A stretch of 64,000 bases of DNA from an uncultured virus (IMG/VR IMGVR_UViG_3300025120_000029) (taxonomy: Duplodnaviria > Heunggongvirae > Uroviricota > Caudoviricetes). Each line of letters begins with the position of its first letter. The stretch's first letter is position 1. Under the pieces are notes generated by a model that was not told the DNA's origin, searched no databases, and saw only the letters and a list, made by a program, of their open reading frames with translations. Shown one piece after another: positions 38,098 through 47,668 of this stretch. Where the stretch lies: the IMG/VR virus record IMGVR_UViG_3300025120_000029; one strand, given 5' to 3'. The translations under genes were made by a program, and so were the position numbers.

Positions 38098-38276
38098 TAT
38101 ACTGGGATATATACTATATACCGTGGGATAAACTTTTATTAAAAGATCCTGCTCGTTATACTGAATGGATGATAATAATGGCAGATGATAAAGGAAGTGC
38201 TAAAGAGGCAGGAAGACAAGAAGGCATGGTAACTAAGGTAACTCATCTTAATAAAAATAGAGATACAAGATTTTAA
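38094..38276 (+). CDS. Hypothetical protein
   Basis: 60 aa, the last gene of the plus-strand block. Confidence 0.5.
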   Translation: MIYWDIYYIPWDKLLLKDPARYTEWMIIMADDKGSAKEAGRQEGMVTKVTHLNKNRDTRF

Positions 38277-38377
38277 ATATGATAAGGGATAAGAAGGAGT
38301 GGGAATAATCCCATAATTTTACAGGCGTAAGATGCCTTAATATTAAATGTTTTACTCCTTTTTATTTCTTATTATAT
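38277..38377 (+). ncRNA. Candidate multi-branched RNA at the convergent junction
   Basis: 24-bp closing stem ATATGATAAGGGATAAGAAGGAGT/ACTCCTTTTTATTTCTTATTATAT with four G-U pairs and no mismatch. It encloses TGGGA-ataa-TCCCA and AGGCGT-aag-ATGCCT. Confidence 0.45.
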
Positions 38378-38538
38378 CCTTCTTTAATAATTGTATTCAT
38401 AGTACCTAGTACTGTAGAATCAGGATTAGGTCTAAAACCACCTTTACCTCCACCTTCTGAATACTTTACAACAGAACCAGATTCTCTTTTTATACCTGGT
38501 TCTACATTACCTAATACTTTATTTGTTTTATTGCTCAT
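38362..38538 (-). CDS. Small hypothetical protein (58 aa)
   Basis: MSNKTNKVLGNVEPGIKRESGSVVKYSEGGGKGGFRPNPDSTVLG... Confidence 0.55.
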   Translation of the reverse strand: MSNKTNKVLGNVEPGIKRESGSVVKYSEGGGKGGFRPNPDSTVLGTMNTIIKEGYNKK

Positions 38539-38545
38539 AATTTAT

Positions 38546-38965
38546 TTATTTCCAGAATATACCACCTACAACATCACCTGCTCCTACTGCATTAGTATTA
38601 CCATTGGCAGATCCTGATGTTAAATTCATACCTATTCCTAATTTAAATGCAATACCAATTGGTAAGGATACATCTAAATAACTATCTGCTGCTACACAAA
38701 AGATTGCTGCAGGTATATCTGCATTGACTGGTGCACTAGCTTTATCAAATAATCTTACAAATACATCAGAGCTGGTATTGTTATGTAAGCTTATAGAATA
38801 CACACTACCTCCCCCTTTTTTTATAAAATCTAAATTAGTTGATGCTGTTGAAATTATTTTATGAACTTCTAGTCCTCCAAATCCATATTGGTTTGGAACT
38901 GACATGCTTTTTGGATAGTCTGAGTTTAGACTAGATGATTCTGATGTGTTAAATTGTACTCCCAT
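38546..38965 (-). CDS. Probable virion structural beta-protein
   Basis: 139 aa, beta-rich, in the structural block. Confidence 0.55.
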   Translation of the reverse strand: MGVQFNTSESSSLNSDYPKSMSVPNQYGFGGLEVHKIISTASTNLDFIKKGGGSVYSISLHNNTSSDVFVRLFDKASAPVNADIPAAIFCVAADSYLDVSLPIGIAFKLGIGMNLTSGSANGNTNAVGAGDVVGGIFWK

Positions 38966-38984
38966 TTTATTTTATTTTTAATTG

Positions 38985-41900
38985 TTATATGCTAAATCCT
39001 ATGGCTATTAGCTCTTGTCTTACAAGATTGTAGTAATATACACTACCATTAGATGGCTGATTTGATACACTACCAACATAAGTTATTCTTTTTGGTGCTG
39101 TACTTGAAAAACTTTGTAAACTTTGTGTATTTACAGTATATGCTAATGCTTCTGGGTTGTAACTAGTATTATAACCTAAAGCATTACGTCCTCCTGTTTC
39201 AGCAAAACCACCTGGACCCATTATTTCTTCCAAGTCATTGTTGGCATTAGTTAGTACCCTAAAGGCTATACCTCTATATATTGAATTGTTACCAGCTACT
39301 CCTTCTAGTGCATTAATAAATCCTCTTGTTGCGGATACATCTGCTACTAATACTGTATTTACTGAACCTCCAGGCATTCCTCTATCATTCCAAGTATCAG
39401 CACCAACTTCAGTAGGACCAGCCTTGTAAGTATTGGTTTGTGGGGGAGGTCCAGTGTTAGTGCCTGATTCATCAGCCCATGCCATTACAACAATGCTTTC
39501 TGCATCTGGAAAATATCCTGTTGAACCTATTGTTGCTACTTGGAAACCACCTTGTGCTTGGAAACCTAAATAACCAATCGGTCTTTCTTGAGGATTGTGG
39601 TACCAATATAAATGACTATCATACATATCTTGTCCATTAGTTGCTGAATTTGTATTACCACTAGCAAATGTACCACCTGTTGCATAGTAATCTTGAAGTA
39701 AGTTTCTAAAGTTATTAGAACCATTGTAGGCTGTTTCTTTTTGATCTTGAGTTAAAGTAAATGTTAGAACATCATTAGCAGTTGCAAAATGTACCTGGTC
39801 TAACTCTAAGTCAAGCGTTGCATTACTAGGGGTGCCTCCACCACCTGAATCTACTTTAGTACCTGCAGTAATTCCATTACCTGAAACTTCCATACCATCT
39901 ATAATACATAAAAAAGAATCATCTACTAATCCTGATGGATCATTAACTCTTCCTGCTTGATTTCCACTAGCCAGTCTTAGAGTTTTAGAACCAGTAAAAC
40001 CCCCATTAGATTTACTTGTTACTACAGGTACACTACTCATTTGTGCTGTCTCTTGAATTGTGGTAATCATAGATCCTGAAGTATCACTACAGAATACAAA
40101 GTATGAATCTTTTGTTACTGTTAATCCACCAATAGTAAATGATTGTGAACCTAAATTAGGATCTGGATCTCTAACTTCCATTATAACTTCAAAGTTACCA
40201 CCAGCAATTGGATAAGTTCCTGCTAAAGTTCCTGTACAGTTATTAGTTGGATCAGGAGTAAAAGTTAACCAACTAGGACTTGGTTGTCCAGAAGGTAAAG
40301 GCCATATTTGTACAGCCCCAGTACTATTTGCATTTACTGTAATTACATAAGTTAAGAGATTACATGGATGATCTGCATCAGATGTAGTCCAGGTATATGT
40401 CCAAGCATCTCCGCCTGTTAAGTTAGGATATGTGTTTGCATCTACTGGATCTTGGGAAGTCCATATTGGAGGTTCAGCTACTGGTGTAATATTTAAGACA
40501 ATTGTACCTGGAGCACTATCACAGTAACCATCATTATAAGTATATGTAAATGTTGTACTTCCATTAAAGTTTGTAGTAGGTGTAAATACAAATGCACCCG
40601 TACTTGAATTAAAAACTAATGTTCCTGCTGCAGGATTAGCTAATGCACTTGCTGTATATACCCCTGTATACCCTCCATAACCATCATCTACTGCAGTAAC
40701 AGTTTGAGATATAGGATTGTCTTCAAGCGCAGTATAGGTTGCATTACTAACAGTTGGACATGTGTTTAAAGAAAATAATTTACAACAAGACTCCCAGTAT
40801 AACACATATTTATATGCAAAACCTCCTCCAGGGATCTCGTAGTTATGATATTTGAATTTAAGTGACTCACCATATTTAAGTGTTGATGTAGGATAACCGT
40901 TATCAAATCCTGCTGCCCAGCTTATTTTACTATTATATAGATTACCAACAGTACCCCACCCAATAGGAAATCTTAGTACATCATCTGCTAGAAATGTTCC
41001 TTGCTTTACATTTTCTGCTATAACAACTCCTGTCTGACCATCAGTTAATGTAGTCATACCTTTAATTGATCTATACGGTACTGTAGTATCATCTAGTGAT
41101 ATGTATGCATTTAAAAATGTCTGATTCCAATCTGCTGTAGTACTCATTGTAAGAGTATCAAATCCTACAGGAGGAACAATTGTAGCAACATTTCTAAATT
41201 TAACTTCATTAGCAGAACTCGCATCTCTTACTAATACTTCTGTAAGTGTGTCATCTTGTGTTACAGTATCTAGATATAGTTCTTTTGTTTGTTGTAGACT
41301 ACCATCATTAGTAAGTTTTTGATTAGTAAAATTAGGATCAGCCACTGGATAATTTGCAGGAGGTTGAACCATACCACTTTGTATTAATAGTGAACTCTGT
41401 AAATTTAATCCATCAGGAGACCATAAAGGTACTCTTCTAAGTGTGCTAGTTCCTGTAAGACCAATACTATTTGCAAATCTAAATTTAACTTGACCTGTAC
41501 TTGTATCTAGTACAAGAACCTTTTCTTGTGTAGCATCTTGAGGTACATCTAGTAATTTCATTGTACCTGTATTTATCCACTTACCAGAATTTGTAATTGT
41601 TTGAGTAGCAAAACTTGGATCTACAATTGGAAGATTATTATCTTGAACTAATAGAGAATCTATTAACGTATTAGTAGTATTAAATGCAGATAATCTGAAT
41701 GGAGTTCCACTACCATTAATTCCTGGATTGGGAGCCCAGCTAGGGAAACCATTTGGTCCTCCAGATGTTAAAACATCATTATTATTACCTGTCCCAAGTG
41801 CTCCAGAAGTGAAAGATCCAACTGCTGGAACAATAGTACCAGAAGGTGGCTGAGGGTTTTTATATCCTATAATTAATTCACCAAATTGTAAATCTGGTAT

Positions 41901-42656
41901 TGCCTGATCTCCCCATAAAACTCTTCCGTCTGATACACCTGCGTTGTTTGGATCTTCTCTTGCTATAAGTACTTGACCTATATTTGGTAATCCCGTACCA
42001 CCACCTGATGAAGCAGCATCAAACACAGGACCACTTAAAATAAGTTTGTTATTAACTCTAGTACTAGTAGGTGGTGAGCTAGCACCAGTAGTAATACTTC
42101 CAAAACTAGTATTTACAAATCCATTAACTAAAAAGTTGTTGCCGTTAGTAAAAGTAAAACTATCATTTGTTTGTAGTTCTCCATCTTTATCTGCAAAAAC
42201 CACTTGACCACGGAAATTTGGGAAAGGATTGTTTGGTTGTAACTTAGGAATAAAAACTCTATCATAAACAGTGAGTGAAGCGGGTTTAAATGATGTGCCA
42301 ACATATATCATTGGATCTCCAACACCTATTTCCTGACTCATTATAGAATTCTTTATTGTATCCCAATTACATTGTCCTGATGGGACAGTATATACAGGAA
42401 TTATACCAGGTTCTCCAGAATATTTTTCAGTGCTTGTAAATCTACCAAGACCCATGGGTCCTGTTTGACTACATAACCAACTACCAGCACTAATTGATAA
42501 AGCCTGACCTTGAGGAGCAAAACCTCCTGCTGAAGTTTTTGCTCTAGACAAAGCACCTTTTCTTACAAACTGAAAATAATCATCAGTTGGATTTAAAGAT
42601 GTCTTAACAAAATTTCTTTTTAATAGTCCTAGTACTTCCTGTACAAATATGCTCAT
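38985..42656 (-). CDS. Large fibre/spike protein with cadherin/Ig-like (Big_9-type) domains and a possible vWA-like C-terminal domain
   Basis: EDNP...A.DD...GTL.FN..GAF.FTP..NFNG..TFTY..NDG Ig-like unit, a second Ig-like unit P.WLTF, FCSDTSGSM, and internal repeats (GT..R.......L.xSLL.Q). Confidence 0.65.
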   Translation of the reverse strand: MSIFVQEVLGLLKRNFVKTSLNPTDDYFQFVRKGALSRAKTSAGGFAPQGQALSISAGSWLCSQTGPMGLGRFTSTEKYSGEPGIIPVYTVPSGQCNWDTIKNSIMSQEIGVGDPMIYVGTSFKPASLTVYDRVFIPKLQPNNPFPNFRGQVVFADKDGELQTNDSFTFTNGNNFLVNGFVNTSFGSITTGASSPPTSTRVNNKLILSGPVFDAASSGGGTGLPNIGQVLIAREDPNNAGVSDGRVLWGDQAIPDLQFGELIIGYKNPQPPSGTIVPAVGSFTSGALGTGNNNDVLTSGGPNGFPSWAPNPGINGSGTPFRLSAFNTTNTLIDSLLVQDNNLPIVDPSFATQTITNSGKWINTGTMKLLDVPQDATQEKVLVLDTSTGQVKFRFANSIGLTGTSTLRRVPLWSPDGLNLQSSLLIQSGMVQPPANYPVADPNFTNQKLTNDGSLQQTKELYLDTVTQDDTLTEVLVRDASSANEVKFRNVATIVPPVGFDTLTMSTTADWNQTFLNAYISLDDTTVPYRSIKGMTTLTDGQTGVVIAENVKQGTFLADDVLRFPIGWGTVGNLYNSKISWAAGFDNGYPTSTLKYGESLKFKYHNYEIPGGGFAYKYVLYWESCCKLFSLNTCPTVSNATYTALEDNPISQTVTAVDDGYGGYTGVYTASALANPAAGTLVFNSSTGAFVFTPTTNFNGSTTFTYTYNDGYCDSAPGTIVLNITPVAEPPIWTSQDPVDANTYPNLTGGDAWTYTWTTSDADHPCNLLTYVITVNANSTGAVQIWPLPSGQPSPSWLTFTPDPTNNCTGTLAGTYPIAGGNFEVIMEVRDPDPNLGSQSFTIGGLTVTKDSYFVFCSDTSGSMITTIQETAQMSSVPVVTSKSNGGFTGSKTLRLASGNQAGRVNDPSGLVDDSFLCIIDGMEVSGNGITAGTKVDSGGGGTPSNATLDLELDQVHFATANDVLTFTLTQDQKETAYNGSNNFRNLLQDYYATGGTFASGNTNSATNGQDMYDSHLYWYHNPQERPIGYLGFQAQGGFQVATIGSTGYFPDAESIVVMAWADESGTNTGPPPQTNTYKAGPTEVGADTWNDRGMPGGSVNTVLVADVSATRGFINALEGVAGNNSIYRGIAFRVLTNANNDLEEIMGPGGFAETGGRNALGYNTSYNPEALAYTVNTQSLQSFSSTAPKRITYVGSVSNQPSNGSVYYYNLVRQELIAIGFSI

Positions 42657-42671
42657 AATATGTGTTTTTTA

Positions 42672-42679
42672 CAAATATA
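42672..42679 (-). promoter_or_regulatory. Bacteroidota -7 element (TATATTTG)
   Basis: TAnnTTTG about 16 bp upstream of the ATG at 42656. Confidence 0.4.
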
Positions 42680-42686
42680 TTAAATT

Positions 42687-45600
42687 TTATGCATATACTG
42701 TAATGTTAATATTTGGGTTAATACCACTTGGTGTACCATTAGCACATGTTTTTAATACTACAATAAAGCCTGATGTTGTTTTAGTTCTTATTTCACAATA
42801 TACACAACCACCAGCATTTTCTATTTCTGGATTAGCATTAACTAAATATGTAGCATTAGATCTTGTTTGGTTAAAAGTTACTTCATATACATAACCTGTT
42901 ACAGATACAGTGTTATTTCCAGAAAATAAAGATTTTCCTTGATTTTCAATTCCTCCTGTGCTCATAGCAAAGTAATCAGTTGGTTGTCTATCTACTGCTA
43001 CTGCAGCTCCACTTGATGCAGCAGTAAGTCTTCCTTGTTGGTCTACTGTAATAGTAGAACTAGTATACGTACCTGGAGTTACAGATGTATCAGAAATTTT
43101 AATTTCTATAGTGTCATTACCTGCTGATGTTGTTGCTACACCAGTTCCTCCAGATAAAATTAATGTATTTCCATCTGTAATTGAATTTGTAGTTCCAGTA
43201 TCTCCTTTAGCACTAAATGAATACTGAGCAGTATCTGTCCACGGAACATTAACTACTAATTGTTCAGCAGCGTTAATTTGTAATCCATATGTTCTACTAG
43301 CTATAGCACTTACTGCATTTGCAGCAACTGTCTGAGTTATATCTGAACTTAATTCAGCACCACCACGTGCAGTAGCTGTCATTAAAGGTAATGCGTAATC
43401 ATTCCATGGTACATTAACTACCATCTGACCTGCAGCATTTAATTGGATACCATATGTTCTAAGTGCAGTAGTACTTATTGAAGCAGAAGCAACTGTTTGA
43501 ACTGTATTTGAAAACAATTCAACTCCACCAAGTACAGTTGCTGTTGCAACTGGTAAAGTGTAAGCTCCAGCATACTGGGGTATGTTAAGAACACCACTAC
43601 TTAATGTAGCTGCACCTGAAGTTCCTGTCGTAGTTAAACTAACAAATGTTGGTGCTGAACCTGCTACAACACTAGTTACATGTCCTTGTGCATCTGTAAC
43701 TACTGAACTTGGATAAGCAAATGTACCTGCTGTACCAAACGCATTATGATTAACTGTAATTGTGTCTGGAGCTGAAGTAACTGAAGTTAATGCAGTTCCT
43801 CCTAATACCTTAACGGCATTTCCACTTGCAACAGTTTGTGCAAGTCCTGAATCTCCTTGTATAGTAAAGCCTTCATAGTAACCAGGCATAGTATTAATTG
43901 CAACCTTATAAACATTAGTATCAGTTAGATCACTAAATGCTATAAAGTCTTCTGGTGCTGCTACTACTGTAGATCTTAAGTTAATATAGTTATCAGCACC
44001 TAAATAATCCAAGTTAAAAGTAATTCCGGATGCTGTATTTAGTGTTGTTATACCTAGTCCTCCTGCAAAATCTACTATGTTACCACTATTTATAGTAACA
44101 TTTGATCCTGCATCTGCTTGAGTTACCCAAGTATAACCACCTGCAGGACCATTTGCTGCTGCTGTTAGTCTACCTTGTGCGTCAACTGTTATATTAGCAT
44201 TTGTATATGAACCAGCTGTTACTGCTGTGTTATCTAAATCAAGTGTAAGCTTTCTTGTACCTGCTAAAGTTGATGTTAAACCAACGCCTCCTAAAACTTC
44301 TAATATTTCACCATTAGCTACTGTTTGATTTGCTCCTACATCAGAACCAACAGTCCATGATGTCATTCCAGCACCACCACTGCTTGCTGTAGTTATTCTT
44401 CCATATGTATCAACAGTTACATTTGCATTTGTATAAGATCCTGCTACTACACCACTTGCTGTGCTGTTTATATTAATTGTATCTCCTCCTGAGTTTACAG
44501 TAGTTAGAGTACCTGTAGTATTTCTAAATTTAATTACTTCATCCTTTAAAACCTCTATATTAGTACCTGTTACTGAATCTGCAAGCCATCTATAGTTAGT
44601 TGGAAAACTTGATAGTAATGATTTTTTAATAGTGCTGTCTGTTGCATCACTAAACCAAAAGAAATCATCTGGATCTGGTGCAGCTGTGTTTGCAAATAAT
44701 ATTGCATTAGTTGCACTAGCATATGTTATATTTACTGTAGGCGTTAGCGTTGCTGTTCCTGTTACAGTTATCCCATTTCCACCTGATACTGAAGTCACTG
44801 TACCACCAGATGCATAATTAGGAATATTTAATACTCCTGAATTTAATGTTGCAGCTCCTGATGTTCCAGTAGTTGTTAAACTTGTGAAAGGAATTGTTAA
44901 CGTAGCTAAATTACCTTGACCTGTTATATATTGAGCTGCGCTTCCTGCCCATGTAAATCCTAAAGCTGGTGCAGTTGTAGGGTTTGCAACAGTTACATCA
45001 AAAGCATCTCCTGCAATTGTTGCACTTACTGTAGTTACACTACCAGATCCTGCCGGTATTGCCCATGTATTATCTCCTCTAAGGAATGTAGTATTACCTG
45101 GAGTTCCTGTTGCTGATAAATCTCCTGTAATTGTACCTGCAGCTGTTATTGTTCCACCAGTTACATTTACAAATGTTCCATTAGATGTTGCTACAGAAGT
45201 TACTGTACCTGCAGGAATAGCCGGAAAAGTAACTAAGTCTCCCTCTCCATTTATATATTGAGAAGCTGTACCTGCCATTGTAAAAGATACATTTCCTGCA
45301 GTTGTTACAGCAGATCCGTCAATAAATGCATTACCATCAGTTTGTAAACCAACAGAAGTTACTGTCCCAGTTCCTACTGTAGGAAAGGTTACTAAATCAC
45401 CTGCACCATTCACATATTGAGATGATGAACCTGCCCAAGTAAAAGCTAATGTACCAGAAGAAGTAATAGGAGTTCCTGCCACATCTAATGCATTACCAGC
45501 TGTTGATGCTGCAACACTTGTAACTGTTCCAGTTCCACCAGAAGCAGTAATTGTAACTTGGTTTGATCCGTTATCTGATAGTGTTATATTATTACCAGCT

Positions 45601-45902
45601 ACTAATTTTACTGTATCTACACTTGCATCTGACCCTGTAAGTTTTAAATCTACACTCCCTCCAGGTGCTTGTATACTACTATAATCATAAGTAGTATTTG
45701 CAGCTACTACAATAGCATCTGCAAATTGTTTAGCTGAAATTAAATTTTGATCTACTTTAGGTAAGTAAGCCATTACATTTAATGAACTATCTCCTTTATT
45801 AGATAGTACAAAATAATCATCCTCGCTTGGTACATAAGGTAGAGGTTTTACAAATTTTTTCTTTGAAAATAGTGTTAAAACATCTTGAAGTAGTGAGCCC
45901 AT
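42687..45902 (-). CDS. Tail fibre protein (Gly/Thr/Ser-rich repeats)
   Basis: Repeated GTVTSV, AG.ASQY.NG.G.L.TFP, GSYTNANITVD.QGRLTAA and TTTGTSGAATL..GVLNIP.Y units. Confidence 0.75.
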   Translation of the reverse strand: MGSLLQDVLTLFSKKKFVKPLPYVPSEDDYFVLSNKGDSSLNVMAYLPKVDQNLISAKQFADAIVVAANTTYDYSSIQAPGGSVDLKLTGSDASVDTVKLVAGNNITLSDNGSNQVTITASGGTGTVTSVAASTAGNALDVAGTPITSSGTLAFTWAGSSSQYVNGAGDLVTFPTVGTGTVTSVGLQTDGNAFIDGSAVTTAGNVSFTMAGTASQYINGEGDLVTFPAIPAGTVTSVATSNGTFVNVTGGTITAAGTITGDLSATGTPGNTTFLRGDNTWAIPAGSGSVTTVSATIAGDAFDVTVANPTTAPALGFTWAGSAAQYITGQGNLATLTIPFTSLTTTGTSGAATLNSGVLNIPNYASGGTVTSVSGGNGITVTGTATLTPTVNITYASATNAILFANTAAPDPDDFFWFSDATDSTIKKSLLSSFPTNYRWLADSVTGTNIEVLKDEVIKFRNTTGTLTTVNSGGDTININSTASGVVAGSYTNANVTVDTYGRITTASSGGAGMTSWTVGSDVGANQTVANGEILEVLGGVGLTSTLAGTRKLTLDLDNTAVTAGSYTNANITVDAQGRLTAAANGPAGGYTWVTQADAGSNVTINSGNIVDFAGGLGITTLNTASGITFNLDYLGADNYINLRSTVVAAPEDFIAFSDLTDTNVYKVAINTMPGYYEGFTIQGDSGLAQTVASGNAVKVLGGTALTSVTSAPDTITVNHNAFGTAGTFAYPSSVVTDAQGHVTSVVAGSAPTFVSLTTTGTSGAATLSSGVLNIPQYAGAYTLPVATATVLGGVELFSNTVQTVASASISTTALRTYGIQLNAAGQMVVNVPWNDYALPLMTATARGGAELSSDITQTVAANAVSAIASRTYGLQINAAEQLVVNVPWTDTAQYSFSAKGDTGTTNSITDGNTLILSGGTGVATTSAGNDTIEIKISDTSVTPGTYTSSTITVDQQGRLTAASSGAAVAVDRQPTDYFAMSTGGIENQGKSLFSGNNTVSVTGYVYEVTFNQTRSNATYLVNANPEIENAGGCVYCEIRTKTTSGFIVVLKTCANGTPSGINPNINITVYA

Positions 45903-45912
45903 TGTTTATTGT

Positions 45913-46257
45913 TTATAAGTACAGAGCAGATAGCTTTACGCTTGTCTGTGCTGAACATGTTATTGTTATATTACCAGTAGCATCATTAAAAGCATCAACT
46001 TCAAAAGGTCCTAAAAATCCTTCCTCACCAGCCGCTAAGCTAAGTACTGCATTTTCTTTTTTAAGTGTACCCAATAAAGGATCCACTACTGTTGTAACAA
46101 CTGGAACTACTGTAGCTGTCATAGTTACACCTCCACCATTTTCAACATGAAAAAATTGTATTGCTGTATTTGCAAGTGTATCACCACTTACACCTGGAGT
46201 AACCGTTACAGGTTTTAATCCAGCTTGAGTTATTTGTTGTGCTGTTAATACTGCCAT
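45913..46257 (-). CDS. Probable virion structural protein
   Basis: 114 aa, beta-rich. Confidence 0.55.
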   Translation of the reverse strand: MAVLTAQQITQAGLKPVTVTPGVSGDTLANTAIQFFHVENGGGVTMTATVVPVVTTVVDPLLGTLKKENAVLSLAAGEEGFLGPFEVDAFNDATGNITITCSAQTSVKLSALYL

Positions 46258-46267
46258 AATATTTTAT

Positions 46268-46513
46268 TTATTTACCGTTTACATATCCACTTCTAAAAGC
46301 AGCTGACTGAACTGGTTCTGCAGCTCTAGTAGACTTTTGTGGTGGATTTAAATTTGTTTTCTTTGCTAGCTTAATTCTAGCTGCAACTTTTTTCTTATTC
46401 TCAGCATTCTGTAATGATTGTTGAATAGATGTAGGATTATAATATCCATTAGTTGTTTCTCTGTTATACACCTCTCCTTGCATAGGAAAGGATGCTTTAT
46501 TTGCTTTACCCAT
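46268..46513 (-). CDS. Small basic protein
   Basis: 81 aa. Confidence 0.55.
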   Translation of the reverse strand: MGKANKASFPMQGEVYNRETTNGYYNPTSIQQSLQNAENKKKVAARIKLAKKTNLNPPQKSTRAAEPVQSAAFRSGYVNGK

Positions 46514-46518
46514 TTTTT

Positions 46519-46602
46519 TTATTTTTTAAGTAAGTGTGATCCATCACAAATTCCTTCAGAATTCTGCGTGCCACCACATGTACATTGATTTCTATTATTC
46601 AT
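46519..46602 (-). CDS. 27-aa CDGSH-motif micro-protein (putative [2Fe-2S]/Zn ligand)
   Basis: MNNRNQCTCGGTQNSEGICDGSHLLKK. It fills the gap between two genes, starting 1 bp after the upstream stop and ending 5 bp before the downstream ATG. Confidence 0.65.
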   Translation of the reverse strand: MNNRNQCTCGGTQNSEGICDGSHLLKK

Positions 46603-46603
46603 T

Positions 46604-46801
46604 TTATTTTTTCATTTTACCTAATGTTAAAGCAAGCCTAGCACGCTGTGCAGTCTTACCACTTCCTTTTGCTTTCTCTCTCAACCAGCTTTTTTTAATT
46701 GTACCATCTGCCTTCATGGCTCCTGCTCTTTTTGCAGTTGCTTTTAAAGCACCAGGCTTTTTAATTGCCCCTTTGATCCAATTTTTTTTCTTAGCTGCCA
46801 T
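46604..46801 (-). CDS. Small basic protein
   Basis: 65 aa: NWIKGAIKKPGAL...RARLALTLGKM. Confidence 0.65.
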   Translation of the reverse strand: MAAKKKNWIKGAIKKPGALKATAKRAGAMKADGTIKKSWLREKAKGSGKTAQRARLALTLGKMKK

Positions 46802-46806
46802 CCTTA

Positions 46807-47250
46807 TTATTTTTTACGTCCACTTGATCTGTTACCAGAATAAGCTCTTTTACCTGCAGCTTTTTTAGCTCCTTTACTTTCATCTCTTCTAGACTTCATA
46901 GATTGTTTCTTCTTTCCGTTTCTCATTCCTAAAGACTCATTTAATCTAGAATTGTAACCCTGCTTTTTCTTTTTCTTTTTAACAGCTCCACCTTTTTTCA
47001 TCATTCCTTGTACAGGATCTAATACTGAACCACCATTATCTTTAAACATTTCTAAACCACCAGCTGCAGCCATTGTATCCATAGCCATAGCTTGTGGAGT
47101 AAGATCTCTCATTCCATCAATTGATGATGTAAAGCCTCCCATTCCGGTTCCTCCCATATCATATCTTTTCATGTTATTTACTTTTTTCTTTTTTTTCTTT
47201 GCTGAAGAGCTTCCACCTATTTTGTAAGCATTTCTCATATTGTTTGGCAT
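46807..47250 (-). CDS. Basic low-complexity protein with repeated xxxGG motifs
   Basis: YKIGG, YDMGG, KDNGG and MKKGG motifs, poly-Lys tracts and QGYNSRLNESLG. Confidence 0.6.
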   Translation of the reverse strand: MPNNMRNAYKIGGSSSAKKKKKKVNNMKRYDMGGTGMGGFTSSIDGMRDLTPQAMAMDTMAAAGGLEMFKDNGGSVLDPVQGMMKKGGAVKKKKKKQGYNSRLNESLGMRNGKKKQSMKSRRDESKGAKKAAGKRAYSGNRSSGRKK

Positions 47251-47262
47251 AATTTCTAAATT

Positions 47263-47664
47263 TTATTTGTTATTGTTTTTTACTTTTTCTAATGAACGTC
47301 CTCCAAAGTATGCACCTATTACTGTAATTAAAACTAATTGTAATAAATCCACCCAAGAAGCTTTGACATCAAATGAAATAAAACCTGCATCAACAAATAC
47401 TAATAGTACTGTTGATACAACTAAAAATATTAATGTCATTGGTCTTACGTTCTTACTTAACCAACTATCTGAATTCATATCTGAACTCCATCTTGTTGAA
47501 ATTTCTTTCTCCATATCTACTTCATGCTTGGAGATTAACTCTTTTATCTTTAACTCAGCAGCAAGCTTTTCATCAGCTGAAGTATGTAGCTCGTCTATAA
47601 CTCCACCAATACCTTTAACTAATTCTTTAGCTCCTCCTGAAAATATTTTACTTAGTATACTCAT
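47263..47664 (-). CDS. Holin-like membrane protein (3TM-holin type)
   Basis: RWSSDMNSDSWLSKNVRP, two hydrophobic helices, and GAYFGGRS.EK. Confidence 0.6.
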   Translation of the reverse strand: MSILSKIFSGGAKELVKGIGGVIDELHTSADEKLAAELKIKELISKHEVDMEKEISTRWSSDMNSDSWLSKNVRPMTLIFLVVSTVLLVFVDAGFISFDVKASWVDLLQLVLITVIGAYFGGRSLEKVKNNNK

Positions 47665-47668
47665 AATT

